DNA of 64,000 bases from Octopus sinensis (lineage: Eukaryota), in contig NC_043020.1 in NCBI RefSeq assembly GCF_006345805.1, forward strand, positions 22,630,001-22,694,000, read 5' to 3'. The notes below the pieces were generated by a model that saw nothing but the letters and a program-made list of their open reading frames with translations, was not told where the DNA came from and searched no databases. This document shows, piece after piece, positions 49,015 to 62,431 of the stretch. The position numbers were made by a program, and so were the translations under genes. How positions within the stretch are numbered: position 1 is the first letter of the stretch; the number at the start of each line of letters is the position of its first letter.

Positions 49015-49460
49015 ATACCCGTGCTGGTGACACGTAAAAAGCACCGTCCGAACGTGGAAGATGCCAGCGCCGCCTGACTGGCGTCTGTGTCGTTCACACG
49101 TAAAAGTACCAGCCGATTGTGGCCACTTGCCAGCCTCCTCTGGCCCCTGTGCTGGTGGCATGTAAAAAGTACCATCCGAATGTGGCTGATACCAGCGCAG
49201 CCTGACTGGCGTCCGTGTCGGTGGCACGTAATAGCACCAACCGATCGTGGCCATTTGCCAGCCTCCTCTGGCCCCTGTGCCGGTGGCATGTAAAAGACAC
49301 CCACTACACTCACAGAGTGGTTGGTGTCAGGAAGGGCATCCAGCTGTAGAAACACTGCCAGATCAGACTGGAGCCTGGCGCAGCCTCCTGGGTTCCCAGA
49401 CCCCGGTCGAACTGTCCAACCCATGCTAGCATGAAAAACGGACATTAAACGATGATGATA
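49015..49460 (+). mobile_element. SINE family B with internal tandem subrepeats
   Basis: Alternating gtggcacgtaa / gtggccatttgccagcctcctctggcc units; (gat)n tail. Confidence 0.7.
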
Positions 49461-50412
49461 CTACACAATAGTGGATGATTCAATTCTTATCTCACTAGAA
49501 ACAACATTTGTCCCTGATAGTTTGTGCTTGTCACACCCAAAGTCAGTTTATTACCAAAAGTATGCCAGCTGCAACTAAAACATTTTTTTTTAAAAGTTAT
49601 GATGATAAAATGTGATTAGGAGGAAATTTTGTTGCTATTTCTAGCAGGTCATAGTGGCTCCTTCAGTGGATTTTTATTATTGATTTTAACCACTATGTCA
49701 GCTCTGACTAAGCAGACCTGTGATCAAAGGCCAGTTATTTTCAAGGGTGTTATGGATTTTGTGACATCAAACTAAAAGAAATATCATATTGATAAATGAA
49801 GATGATCAATTGAGAAAGAAAAAAAAAAAAAAAAAAGCTAACAAAAATTAATTAAAAATTTTTGGAGTACTGGTTCCTCTTAGAGCAGATATTTCATTAA
49901 TTCCACCGCCTATGAAGTTGACCAAAAATAATACACCATTATCGTTTTAATGTCCACTCTTCCATGCTCGCATGGAACAGATGGATTTTGTTGAGGAAGG
50001 TTTCTGCAGTCAGATGCTTTTCCACTGTTCCCAAGTGGTACCGATAAAAATTTGTAATTTAGTACTACAAGAAATAATGGTTAATATAAAGCGTTACGCA
50101 TATCAGAAAATCAAAAAAAAATGTGTGTAATAGGTGTAAAACAACTTCCTATGAACGAATATGAAAAAAAAAATTCGCGCACGCGAAAGGGGGGTGGGGG
50201 AGAGGCCTCGGAAAATTCACATCGGGAAGTTCCGAAAGCGTCTGAGGGGCTGACCCGGGCACCAAAACAAAAAAAAAAAAAATAGTGTAATATGTGTAAA
50301 ACAACTTGCTCTAAACGAATATGACAAAAAAAAATGCGCTCTCGCGAAAGAGGGGTGGGGGAGAGGCCTCGGAAATTTCACATCTTCAGTCCACGGCCTT
50401 TAAACTAAGAAA

Positions 50413-50522
50413 AAATAGTGTAATTGGTGTAAAATTACTTGTTCTAAACGAGTATCAAGAACAATTATAACTGTTCTTGATACTCGTTTAGAACAAGTAA
50501 TTTTACACCAATTACACTATTT
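50413..50522. repeat. 110-bp near-perfect palindrome (one mismatch), terminating a three-unit direct repeat (50119-50460)
   Basis: aaatagtgtaattggtgtaaaattacttgttctaaacgagtatcaagaaca-a-ttataa-c-tgttcttgatactcg..cactattt. Confidence 0.92.
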
Positions 50523-51583
50523 GAGCCTCAAATCTTCGCCGGCTTGTACCTCTCTTTCCTCAACACTTCAAAATGTCTCGAAGCTTCAAAATAATGAGAA
50601 TAGACCTGAATGTCTCATCAATAATGTATTTCGGTTTCCTCCTGAATGCAGAAAAACTTGAAAACTTGTAAGTGTCCACACATCAAAATATCATTCGAAG
50701 AGACAGGTTTGAAACTAAAGTACATATAACAAGCCATCGTTTTAATCAATTCACGTAATTAATTTCATAGCAGCTGTAAATTCATTTCATTAAACTAGAA
50801 ATATAATTCTAAAATATGGGCGCAGGCATGCCTGTATTAGTTCGCTTTCCAATCCCGTGGTTTCGAGTTCAGTCCCAGTGTGCAGCATCTTGCGAATGTC
50901 TTCAACTATGGCCCTGGGTCAATCGATCAAAGCCTTGTGATAACGTTTGGTAGACGAATACTTAATACGATAAAAAAAAAAAAACCTACCCCCCACACAC
51001 ACACACAAAGATTGTAGTTTACACCATTGAGAACGTTTCTCTAGAAAATATAATTAAAAAAAGGCATTTAACAAACTCGGGCTACGGGGAGGGCGTAAAT
51101 TTTAAATACTTTATTTCTCCAAATAATCGCGATCTACATCCTCTAACTGTGCAAAATTTGATTTAGAAAAATATATTTAAAGAAATTTATAAACGAAGTC
51201 AAGGTGGGGCATACTAAAGAGAAAATTTAATTAAAGTATAAACAGTTTTTAGAAAGTTATAATGTAACAAACTCAGCGCGTGGCAACTTCTGTAAAGCCC
51301 TACACTTTCTTTTCCCAAGAATTCTATAAAAATGAACTTTCCTTGATAGATTTCCGCAGGCGTAGAATTACAGTTAGGTCTCTTTTTCTCAAATTTCATC
51401 AAGATAATCGAACTCTATACCCTCAAAAACATCGCACAAAAGAAATTTCATAAAAAAATATACATTTTAAACTAAGTTACGGGAAACAAACTCGGGGCGG
51501 AGGAGTCGCATATTCTGTATTAAACCCATAATTCTTTTATATATATACATTATTATAGCCTTAAAGTAAACTTTGGCCAACTT

Positions 51584-51740
51584 ACCGCTTCCAAATGCAG
51601 CCAGTGACTACTGTGTTTTCCTCTAAACTGTTAAAATAAATATCTCAGTGTCAGAATGAAGTTTAAAAAATGTTTCTTCAACTTTATTCTGCACCCAATG
51701 TTCATGAAGATACCAACTTCTTCAGCCGTAGATTCGTATC
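51584..51740 (-). promoter_or_regulatory. Candidate non-coding exon 1 of Z5 with donor GCG|GTAAGT
   Basis: Consensus donor at 51585-51584; gatacgaatctacggctg (51723-51740) resembles the shared upstream motif. Confidence 0.35.
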
Positions 51741-51774
51741 TTGTCACAACGAGGCAATGACCTTATAACTTGCA

Positions 51775-52140
51775 GTTTTGGTCCGTTACGTTGTGAGTTC
51801 AAATTCCGCCGAGGTCGACTTTGCCTTTCATCCTTTAGGGGTCGATAAATTAAGTACCAGCTACGCACTGGGGTCAATGTACTCGACTTAATACCTATGT
51901 CTGTCCTTGTTTGTCCCCTCTATGTTTAGCCCCTTGTGGGTAATAAAGAAATAGGTATTTCGTCTGCCGTTACGTTGTGAATTCAAATTCCGCCGAGGTC
52001 GACTTTGCCTTTCATCCTTTAGGGATCGATAAATTAAGTACCAGTTACGCACTGGGGTCGATGTAATCAACTTAATACCTATGTCTGTCCTTGTTTCTCC
52101 CCTCTATGTTTAGCCCCTTGTGGGTAATAAAGAAATAGGT
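51775..52140 (+). mobile_element. Tandem pair of SINE family C bodies
   Basis: ccgttacgttgtga.ttcaaattccgccgaggtcgac..taataaagaaataggta repeated twice. Confidence 0.75.
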
Positions 52141-52313
52141 ATGAAATATGTTTCTGTATATTAATATAGTGTTTCTTGAGGAGAGCGGATGGTAAAGATT
52201 ACAAAGTTGGTAGATAACGTGCTAATACTTAATAAAATTACGATTGTTTTAAATTTTAAGCTAATCCAACGCCATGACGAAGAGAAATGAATTAAATGGA
52301 TGTAAAGTTTGTT

Positions 52314-52545
52314 TATAGTGGTTGTATACTGTCAACTCAACGTGAGTCCCGTAAGGGAATCACACCACCGCCATTTAGCCCTAGGAAACATCGACGTTTT
52401 CTGTCGGCTTTGACACATTTTCTGTGTCCTTATATTTGCAAATGTGTCAAAGCCGACAGGAAACGTCGATGTTTCCTAGGGCTAAATGGCGGTGGTGTAC
52501 CCTTACGGGACTGTCACGTTGAGTTGACAGTATACAACCACTATA
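52314..52545. mobile_element. Fold-back MITE (about 105-bp arms, 19-nt loop), TA-flanked
   Basis: tatagtggttgtatactgtcaactcaacgtga..ctttgacacattt / aaatgtgtcaaag..tcacgttgagttgacagtatacaaccactata. Confidence 0.85.
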
Positions 52546-53539
52546 TCGCTCCACCACCGCTCACGTCTCTCTGAGACACTTAGAAATTCATTATTTCTAA
52601 AGTTTGTTTAGTTAGCTAATTAATAAAGAAGGCGGGGGCCAAATATTTTAGAGTGTGGCGAGATGGGACTGGTATTTGTAAGTTTGAGGACCACTATTAA
52701 AATATGACAAACATCACCGTCCATCATCTCTACGAACATTTCGTTTTGTGCATGTGTAGCTGGCTGGATGTGCTGTGCCATATCAGGTCAATATGATGTA
52801 GCCCACTACTGAATGTAGCGTATAGATGTAACGCTTCAAAGTTCTCACGTCGGAGTAACGAGTAAACATCGAAGAATTAACACCAAGAAGGAAGAAATAT
52901 TATTTACGTATGTTTATTCGTTGGTCTGACCGGTAGTTAAAGAGACAGTAGCAATTCTAGTGATAGTGACAAGGTTGGCTTGCTGATTAGTAGTTGATAG
53001 TGTAGAAAACGCTTGTCTCTCAGAAGAGAGTGAAAGAGTAAGGAATGCACGGTGCTGACTAGAAAGGAAGAAAGGATAAAGGTGCCATCGTCTTTCTTGC
53101 GGCTGAAAGGGAAGTGCTGCTCTTGGTCATGGCTGACTCAAAAGAACATGTAGCTCATTGGTCTGGCGGACACCAAAGAGGGAGAGAGAGAGAGAGAGAG
53201 AGAAGGGGGAAAGAGAGAGAGAGAGACGAGCTCTTATCAACATTTGGTGTGGAGAGGATTTCCTGCTCGTTTTGACAAGCAACAAGCGAGTGGATTTGGT
53301 TTCAAATCTCAGGCAGGGTCAAGCCAGATCCCTACACATGCCCAACCCAATGTTGACTACAAGCTCCCATCAACAAACCTTAAAAACTTTATTCACCACT
53401 GATATAACCCCATTTATATCAAGTTATGGTATAAATAATTACAGCATTTCTCTTCTCTATTGTAGTAAATATAAAGAAGCCAATTTTGCATTCTAATTAA
53501 ACTTGGATAAATTTGTAAAGGAGTTGGCAACCGTTATCA

Positions 53540-55020
53540 GATATCAACATAGGCGTAGGAAGCAGGTGTGGCCAGGTATGGTCAAAATCAGACGTAGTAA
53601 TTTTTTTTACTTCGGCCAGGACTTGATCTAGTTCAAGTTCCTGTATTATAAATGCGACTTCTTGGACGCTTGACACTTGCTTTGCAAAATCTGTAGCACA
53701 AACTTATTTCAGCTCACATTTCAATCCAACTATAAATCTAATATGCTTTTATGGACAGCCGAAGATTAAAATGCTTCCATCGAAAAATTTTTTCATGGAT
53801 GTGAAAAAGTTTTGAATTCAAGAATTCAACAAATCTGAACTCAAAGATTTTAAACAATGGGGTCTTAAATCTTTGCTCAATGTGAACTTCATGCAAAATG
53901 ATGTTTAACAAAGTTCTTAAAATCGCTTCTGGTTCTTCATGCCGATCACACTTGTCTGGTGGTTCAGCAGCGCCATCCAAAATCCAGCAGTAAAATTCTT
54001 CAAACTTGTTATTTTTCATATTGTAGTGAGCCTTAGTATTTGAACTCTTTACACTAAATTATCAGTTCACAAACACAAGTGAGCCGCAGTTGGGACATTC
54101 GATCTTAACATGAACACCAATTTTTTTTTTCAACTAATCTGTTTGCAAGAGATCAGGCTACCAAACAGAACTTCATCTCAAGTGTCCTTGAGATTCGTAC
54201 TTTTTTCTTTAGTTCAGCACTAGAAATCAACCAGAATTCTCATGGCATTCGAACAGAACACAACTTGGCTCCTGCCAAGCAAATCAAGGACAAAGCTTCA
54301 ACAAGATCCGACATTCTTGCATCTTGAAGATAACTAATGGCCGAGCAATCACAGTTAAGTGGATCCTTAATATCCTAATCTCTTTACGAAATTAGGATGT
54401 GAGGATTTTTGCATGTGTTCATGTTCAGCCAGCCCTTAAATAAATCTGACGTTAAATATCTAAAAGTTTTGCTTCTGTTTGTAATATACACAGCCAGCTA
54501 AATCTCACACCACGATTAATACAATAATTACACCTACCGCAAGTGGAGGCGCAATGGTTAGGGCAGCAGACTCGCAGTTTCGATTCCCAGACCGGGCGTT
54601 GTGCGTGTTTATTGAACAAAAGCACCTAAAGCTCCCTGTTGTACTCTTTCGCTCCAACTTTCTCTCATTCTTTCTTCCTGTTTCTTGTTCCCTGACTTCC
54701 TACACAACCGCTGAGCCTGGATGCGCATTCATCCATCCGTTGATGCTCTCGGTGTCGGGGGTTGACCTGCTTTCTTTTCTGCGGGTCTCACGAATAGCAA
54801 AGGCCCATGTTTCGAACTTCTCCCATCTTGCGAGCTCTGGGACGAAGACCGTCCGCTCAACAGCAACACCAACACCTAACATGATAATATCAACCAATTG
54901 TTTTCTGAAGTTCTCAATCTCATGAATATACCTCGAAATATCAAGTGAACTTTTTTGAAGAATCGAAAACAGAATCTCTGAGCTACTCAATATGGTTTCA
55001 AAAACCACAAAAAACATCTC
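53540..55020 (-). mobile_element. Decayed hAT transposase remnants interrupted by a SINE
   Basis: FETILSSSEILFSILQKSSLDI (54850-55017); ILHEVHIEQRF..EFLNSKLF (53738-53950); LDQVLAEVKKLLRLILTIP (about 53550-53640), resembling the hAT C-terminal dimerisation region. Confidence 0.5.
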
Positions 55021-56271
55021 TCTTCACTCTCTTTTACTTGTTTCAGTCATTTGACTGCAGCCATGCTGGAGTACCGCCTTTAGTCGGGGTCGATTAAATA
55101 AGTACCAGTTATGCACTGGAGTCGATGTAATCGACTTAATCTGTTTGTCTCCTCCGTGTTTAGCCCCTTTTGGGCAGTAAAGAAATAAGAATAATTCGAG
55201 AATAAATCAGATTTATTAAACTTCAGTTTATTAATAATATTTACAAAGTAATGGGGGTACAAACGAAGGATTTTGGGCCTCAAAGTTGAGAATGAGAAAA
55301 GATTGAAAATCTATGATGACATCTTGTATGGAAAACATATTCAATGCAAATTAATATGCAAAGTAGTTATTGAGCCCCTTTTAACACTGAAACTGGCCAT
55401 ATCCAGCCTCTCATGTATACCCTACAATGTTCTAAGAATAAACAATCACATCATTGAAATTTTGAAATGATGAGATCATGCATGATTAAGTCTTTCGTTA
55501 CCAACCCGGCTGAAACTGGTTCTGGCTCTGAGTACAAATCTCTTGTTTTCACAAGTTTTGAATTAAAATCTTCCACCAAACCTTAGTCACAATTTATGTT
55601 CCTAATACTAGCTGAATGATTACTAAGTTATTTTGCTAAATTCTTTGTTACATTTAAAGTACAGAGCATCTTAAAATAAATACAGTAACGAAAGGGTTAA
55701 TCCAAGGCAATGTGAATAAATAAGAATTATATTTGACAGACTAATGTGAATGTAAAAAGATGTTTCACATATTACATCAACTACTTTACACTTATATCAA
55801 GTGGCAGGTCAACCTAATTATCAATTCATGCTATCAAAAAAGGAAGTGATGAAATTATATAGATCTAAACCAGCGGCCATGTGGCTTTTGTGGGGTTCAT
55901 ACAAGATTTTGTTGTTAAAATTTATCTGCAATAAATTGGTTATACTTCTGCTGTACTCAAGAAGATCTGCCCATCACAACAGAATTGAGATCCTAAAATC
56001 AAGGCACCACATAAAAGCTTTGGTGTGGGTGTTGGTACCACATAAAAACACCCAATACGCTCTGTAAAATGGTTGGCATTAGGAAGGGCATTCAGCCATA
56101 GAAACCAAGCCAAAACAGATTATGAAACCTGGTGTGACCCCTGGCCATGCCAGTTCCTGTGAAGCCATTCAACCCATGCCAGCTTGGAAAAACCGTCCAA
56201 GAATTTGGACCTGGAGATTTCCATTTCCAGCGACTTTGAGGCCTACACTGACATTGTTGAGATAACTTACA

Positions 56272-56662
56272 TCATCATCATCGTTTAACGTCTGCTTTCC
56301 ATGCTAGCATGTGTTGGACGATTTGATTGAGGACTGGCGAACCAGATGGCAGCACCAGGCTCCAATCTTGATCTGGCAGAGTTTCTACAGCTGGGTGTCC
56401 TTCCTAACACTAACCACTCTGAGAGTGTAGTGGGTGCTTTTATGTGCCACTGGCATTAGGGCCAGTCAGGCAGTACTGGCAACGGTCAAGCTCAAATGGT
56501 GTTTTTTACGTGCCACCTGCACAGGAGCCAGTCCAGCGGCACTGGCAATGACCTCGCTCGAATGTTTTTTCACATGCTACCAGCACAAGTGCCAGTAAGG
56601 TGATGCTGGTAACGATCATGCTTGAATGGTGCTTTTTATGTTCCACCAGCACGGAAGCCAGT
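56272..56662 (-). mobile_element. SINE family B immediately downstream of the Z6 stop
   Basis: (cat)n-cgtttaacgtctgctttccatgctagc.. with internal subrepeats. Confidence 0.7.
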
Positions 56663-56748
56663 TGACAATTAGTAGCTGTACTAATGAGAAAAAAAAAACA
56701 ACTTAATTTAATGAGTCGTGTAGCTGTGCTAATTAGACATCAATACCA

Positions 56749-58197
56749 TCACTCTTCGGTATGAATAGCTACATGTCGAGTTAAGTGACCTTTATGAGAG
56801 AAAGATTTTCCACAGACATCACAATGGTACGGTTTCTCACCTGTATGAATACGCTTATGTATAGTTAGGTTGTTTCTTACAGAAAATGATTTACCACAGA
56901 TATCACAGTGATATGGCTTCTCACCCGTATGAATACGTTTGTGAGTAGCTAAACTGCTACTTCCAGAGAATGATTTACCACAAATATCACAGCGATGTGG
57001 TCTTGCTCCACTATGAACACTTCTGTGTCTTGTTAATTCGCTATTTTGAGAGAACGATATATCACACACAGCACAGTGATATGGTTTCTCTCCTGAATGA
57101 ATCCGCTTGTGTATAGTTAAGGTATTTCTATCAGAGAATGATTTACCACAGACGTCACAGCGATATGGCTTTTCACCTGTATGAATACGTTTGTGTCTAG
57201 TCAAAACACCATTTAGAGAGAATGATTTACTGCAGATATCACAGTGATACGGTTTCTCTCCTGTGTGAACGCTTTTGTGTCGAGTTAAGTCGCAAGTTCC
57301 AGAGAATGACTTACCACAAATATCACAGTGATATGGTTTCACACCTGTATGAAGACTCCTATGTCTGGTTAATTCACGATTTAAAGAAAATGATAACCCA
57401 CAGATATCACAATTAAATGGTTTCTCACCTGTATGAATGCGTTTGTGGTAAGTTAAGTCACTACTTGTAGAGAACGATTTATCACAGGTATCACAGTGAT
57501 ATGGCTTTCCACCTGTATGAATATATTTGTGTCTCGTTAAGGTATTACCATGAGAAAATGATTTACCACAGACATCACAATGATATGGTTTCTCACCTGT
57601 ATGAATACGTTTGTGTTTAGATAAGTCACTACTTGCTGAGAATAAATTACCACAGATGTCGCAATGATAAGGTTTCTCACCTGTATGTACACGTTTGTGG
57701 TTAGTTAAATAACTACATACAGAGAAGGATTTACCACAAATATCACAATTAAATGGTTTCTCACCTGTATGAATGTGTTTGTGTTTAGTCAAGGTACTTC
57801 CATGTGAAAATGATTTACTACAGATATCACAATGATATGGTTTCTCTCCTGAGTGAACATGTGTGTGGCGAATTAAGTGGCCTCTTTGAGAAAAAGATTT
57901 ACCACAGACATCACAGTGATATGGCTTCTCTCCTGTATGAGTACGTTTGTGTATAGTTAAGGTATTTCCTCTAGAGAAAGATTCCCCACAGATATCACAC
58001 TGATATGGTTTCTCTCCTGTATGAATGTGTTTATGAGTAGTTAAGTTACCAAGTGCAGAGAATGATTTCTCACAGATATCACAGCGATATGGTTTTTCTC
58101 CTGTATGTGTATATTTGTGTATGATAAGGTTTCCCTTTTCGGAGAATGACTTTTTACAGATATCACAATGGTATGATTTCACTATCTCTTTTGGCAT
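56749..58197 (-). CDS. Z6: tandem C2H2 zinc-finger protein, about 482 aa from the first ATG (MPKEIVKS), 17 fingers
   Basis: Intact ORF. The ORF track's start at 58236 is a GTG. Acceptor tctgtttctctttcatttcag at 58619-58639. Confidence 0.92.
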   Translation of the reverse strand: MPKEIVKSYHCDICKKSFSEKGNLIIHKYTHTGEKPYRCDICEKSFSALGNLTTHKHIHTGEKPYQCDICGESFSRGNTLTIHKRTHTGEKPYHCDVCGKSFSQRGHLIRHTHVHSGEKPYHCDICSKSFSHGSTLTKHKHIHTGEKPFNCDICGKSFSVCSYLTNHKRVHTGEKPYHCDICGNLFSASSDLSKHKRIHTGEKPYHCDVCGKSFSHGNTLTRHKYIHTGGKPYHCDTCDKSFSTSSDLTYHKRIHTGEKPFNCDICGLSFSLNRELTRHRSLHTGVKPYHCDICGKSFSGTCDLTRHKSVHTGEKPYHCDICSKSFSLNGVLTRHKRIHTGEKPYRCDVCGKSFSDRNTLTIHKRIHSGEKPYHCAVCDISFSQNSELTRHRSVHSGARPHRCDICGKSFSGSSSLATHKRIHTGEKPYHCDICGKSFSVRNNLTIHKRIHTGEKPYHCDVCGKSFSHKGHLTRHVAIHTEE

Positions 58198-58336
58198 GTC
58201 TTTAGGGAATAAAAAAAAAAGTTTGTCACAGAACACCTTATGTAAAATTGTTCCCTCATCAAAATATGTTTTTCTTGTTTCCTCTTCTATATATTCCCAT
58301 AGTGATGGAAGTTGTTCTACTGATATATTTCCATTG

Positions 58337-58375
<39 letters not shown>

Positions 58376-58822
58376 TTGTAAACACCTTTACAAAATTATC
58401 CAAGTTTAATCAGTTTTACAAAATCGTCATCTACATATTCCGGAAGAAAAAAGTTTTTGTTAATCTCAGTTTGAAAGAAATATTTTCTCTAATTCACCAC
58501 AGATTAATAAAATCTGGGTTACATCTGTTCTGTGTAACATCTTTTAGTCTTTAGCAGATGATAAACATTGGTGAAGCATCTGATGCGAAAGAATTTTACA
58601 CAAGTGTCATTTGATAGGCTGAAATGAAAGAGAAACAGAATAAGATAAGGAGGATACTTAAAGAGGAATATATTTCTTTTTTACTTGTTACGTCTGGAAG
58701 TGCCAGAATTCATGGATTTTGCAAAGGTCATGAAACTGGTGAACCTGATGGGATTAATGTTCTACTTGAACTGTGGTAAGTCAAGACCTGCAGGAGAGAC
58801 ATAAGCAGAGAGGAGAGAGGCG

Positions 58823-59231
58823 GGATCTTTTCGGTTTGAACAGCAGTTTTTTAAAAATAATTTCCACGTAACTAAACACTTTTAAACTTCGTATACTGGT
58901 AGAATGTGTTTATAAAACATCTTTTTCTCTTGGCTTTATTGAGAAAATTCTATAGTTTATAAGATATTTGTTGTTTTTTTTTTTCTTCAATTTCTGCAAT
59001 TTCAACTAATCAATGACGTCTATTGAGGTGAAAACATTCTGTGCCGTATGAATATGTCCCTCGTTTAAGAAACAGATTGGGTTTATTTACATTTGTGAAG
59101 AAAAAAAGATACCCTTCCCCCTAACCCTAAAACAGATTGAAATGCAATAGATCGATACTAGGGTCATAATTATGGGTGACAATTTCATATGACACCACTA
59201 GAAAAAACCGCCGTTCAAACCGAAAAGATCC
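58823..59231. mobile_element. GGATC MITE with perfect 8-bp TSD gagaggcg
   Basis: TSD at 58815-58822 and 59232-59239; TIRs of about 28 bp. Confidence 0.9.
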
Positions 59232-59513
59232 GAGAGGCGATAATTTGGGTTGGAAGGATAGAAATAGTGGTCACAGCCGATCCGGGCGGGTTTGAGCATA
59301 AAGAAGACGAGAGATAGAGAGACAAGTGGATTGAGTGTGTCTCAATAATGGAGGTACTGAAACAACCAGCTTCAAGGAATGGCAGCTACTGCAGTAGCTG
59401 AAGGAAAGAAAGAGACTACGTCTGTGGGTCAGAGGCTGGAGTCGAGCATATAAATGTAACTTCGGATATCTGTCTACGTGACAGTAGCCTTCTCAGAAGC
59501 AGGAACAAAATTC

Positions 59514-59958
59514 GGATCTTTTCGGTTTGACCGGCAGTTTTTTCTAGCGGTGTCATATGAAATTGTCACCCATAATTATGACCCTAGTATCGATCTATTG
59601 CATTTCAATCTGTTTTAGGGTTAGGGGTGGGGAGAAGGGTATCTCTTTTTTTCTTCACAAATGTAAATAAACCCAATCTGTTTCTTAAACGAGGGACATA
59701 TTCATACGGCACAGAATGCTTTTTACCTCAATAGACGTCAGTGATTGGTTGAAATTGCAGAAATTGAAGAAAAAAGACAACAAATATCTTGTTTTTTTTC
59801 TTCAATTTCTGCAATTTCTTCCAAACTATAGAATTTTCTCAATAAAGCCAAGAGAAAAAGATGTTTTATAAACACATTCTACCAGTATACGAAGTTTAAA
59901 ATTTTTTAGTTGCGTGGAAACCGCTAGAAAAAAACTGCCGTTCAAACCGAAAAGATCC
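59514..59958. mobile_element. GGATC MITE, opposite orientation, with a small internal duplication
   Basis: TSD caaaattc / ccaaattc. Confidence 0.88.
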
Positions 59959-60179
59959 CCAAATTCTATTGTGGGCCTCACATGAACTTTGTAGAGGACC
60001 AGCAATTGTTGTTGGGAGGTGGGGGTGAAATATTTTCTGGCTTTAAGTACCTGTTTTGGGATATGCTTTCGTCAGAGAAGCATTCCTCCCTAACTAAATG
60101 CTGGGCTTGCTATCGCTAAGGAGTATCTTCTATGATAGCGAGGCCCAACATTTGGTTTGGGAGGGGTGAAGGATTATAT

Positions 60180-60412
60180 CTGTTTCTTTATTGCCCACAA
60201 GGGGCTAAACATAGAGGGGAAAAACAAGGACAGAGAAACGGATTAAGTCGATCACATCAACCCCAGTGCGTAACTGGTACTTAATTTATCGACCCCGAAA
60301 GGATGAAAGGCAAAGTAGACCTCGGCGGAATTTGAACTCAGAACGTAGCGGCAGACGAAATACGGCTACGCATTTCGCCTGGCGTGCTAATGATTCTGCC
60401 AGCTCGCCGCCT
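60180..60412 (-). mobile_element. SINE family C
   Basis: Reverse complement of the ggcggcgagctggcag.. head. Confidence 0.75.
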
Positions 60413-60655
60413 TTACCTCAAAGAAGGCGTTATTGGACATCGCAAACAAAAACTGATGTACAGAAGAAAAGAAGTGGTGGGGACCAAACGAAACCATGGG
60501 GTCATACCAAAATTGATTAAGTGTGGAACAGGAAGGGCCCAGTCAACACATGCTGCAGTTGTGTAATTTGATAGGAAAGTAGCGATCTCTTGGATCGGTA
60601 GTTTAAAAGTTGAGATTTATCAGTGGAAGCTTTATGGCTTTGTAACTATATTTCT

Positions 60656-61277
60656 GTACTACTAGCGAACAGTGGTCCTGGTGCGCGCCCTCGCGTACTC
60701 GCGCCAGCTAGTCATGACTAGTCGATCCTTACTTTGTGTTTTTGTGTTATTTACTTTGTTAAAAAAATTATTTACTTTACTCTTTTACTTGTTTCAGTCA
60801 TTTGACTGCGGCCATGCTGGAGCACCGCCTTTAGTCGAGGAGATCGACACGGGACTTATTCTTTGTAAGCCCAGTACTTATTCTACAGGTCTCTTTTGCC
60901 GAACCGCTAGGTGATGGGGACGTAAACACACCAGCATCGGCTATCAAGCAATGCTAGGGGGACAAACACACAAACACGACAGGCTTCTTTCAGTTTCCAT
61001 CTACCAAATCCACTCACAAGGCATTGGTCGGCCCGGGGCTATAGCAGAAGACACTTGCCCAAGGTGCCACGCAGTGGGACTGAACCAGGAACCATGTGGT
61101 TGGTAAACAAGCCACTCCTGCGCCTCTTACTTTGTTTAACAAAAATTATTTACTTTGTGTAAAAAAATTATTTATTTTGTGTTTTATTTACTTTGCTAGG
61201 TAGTCGTTGTAGGATCGACTACTTACGACTAGCTAGCGCCGATGCGCGCACCGGGACCACTGTTCGCTAGTAGTACC
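60656..61277. mobile_element. Mutator-like MITE with 10-bp TSD ctatatttct, interrupted by SINE A (60775-61125)
   Basis: TIRs gtactactagcgaacagtggtcc / ggaccactgttcgctagtagtac; TSD at 60646-60655 and 61278-61287; related copy at 61815-62015. Confidence 0.7.
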
Positions 61278-61294
61278 CTATATTTCTATAATCT

Positions 61295-61526
61295 TATTTC
61301 TTTATTACCCACAAGGGGCTAAACACAGAGAGGACAAACAAGGACAGACAGACGGATTAAGTCGATTACATCGACCCCAGTGCGTAACTGGTACTTAATT
61401 TATCGACACCGAAAGGATGAAAGGCAAAGTCGACCTCGGCGGAATTTGAACTCACAACGTAACGGCAGACGAAATACCGCTAAGCATTTCGCCCGGCGTG
61501 CTAACGTTTCTGCCAGCTCGCCGCCT
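61295..61526 (-). mobile_element. SINE family C with 16-bp TSD tatatttctataatct
   Basis: TSD at 61279-61294 and 61527-61542. Confidence 0.8.
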
Positions 61527-62015
61527 TATATTTCTATAATCTATTGATTAATTGTAAATATAAACTTTTACCTGAATCGTTCGCCTCTAAAGCTTCTTCC
61601 AGGATAGAATCGAAAATATACAAATGAACTGATGGATGAATATATCAAGGTGTATTTATATATATGATAATCTCGTAGATAACAATCTTTTTACCTGACT
61701 TTATATAATTCTTGTTAAATTGTTTTGGTGATGCTTAATCTATGTTGGCATGTGCCCAATATCCGGTTGAGCATGCGCAAAACATGAGAAAACTATTCAA
61801 TAAGTAAACAGAAGCGAACAGTGGCCCCGGTGCGCGCACTCGCATATCCGAGCTAGCTAGTCGTGACTAGTCGATCCTACAACGACTACTTAGCAAAGTA
61901 AATAAAAGACAAAATAATCTTTTTTAAATAAAGTAAATAAAACACAAAGTAAGGATCGACAAGTCACGACTAGCTATCGCGGATGCGCACCGGGACCGCT
62001 TTTCTTAAGTAGTAC

Positions 62016-62431
62016 CTATTTCTTTACTACCCACAAGGGGCTAAACACAGAGGGGACAAACAAGGACAGACAGACGGATTAAGTCGATTATATCGACCCC
62101 AGTGCGTAACTGGTACTTAATTTATCGACCCCAAAAGGATGAAAGGCAAAGTCGACCTCGGCGGAATTTGAACTCAGAACGTAGCGGCAGACGAAATACC
62201 TATTTCTTTACTACCCACAAGGGGCTAAACACAGAGAGGACAAACAAGGACAGAAAAACGGATTAAGTCGATTACATCGACCCCAGTGCGTAACTGGTAC
62301 TTAATTTATCGACACCGAAAGGATGAAAGGCAAAGTCGACCACGGCGGAATTTGAACTCAGAACGTAGCGTCAGACGAAATACTGCTTTGCATTTCGCCC
62401 GGCATGCTAACGTTTCTGCCAGTTCGCCGCC
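62016..62431 (-). mobile_element. Tandem SINE family C pair with flanking repeat ttttcttaagtagtacc
   Basis: Body repeated twice; the flanking repeat occurs near 62000 and 62435. Confidence 0.75.

Noticed and set aside
49015-49330. Regularly spaced repeats resembling a CRISPR array (also 29690-29975, 56450-56660)
   Set aside because: Degenerate internal subrepeats of SINE B, with non-unique spacers, no cas genes and a eukaryotic context.
59612-59632. TTAGGGTTAGGG telomere-like motif (also about 30787, 59120, 63265)
   Set aside because: Only two units, and a fixed internal part of the GGATC MITE.
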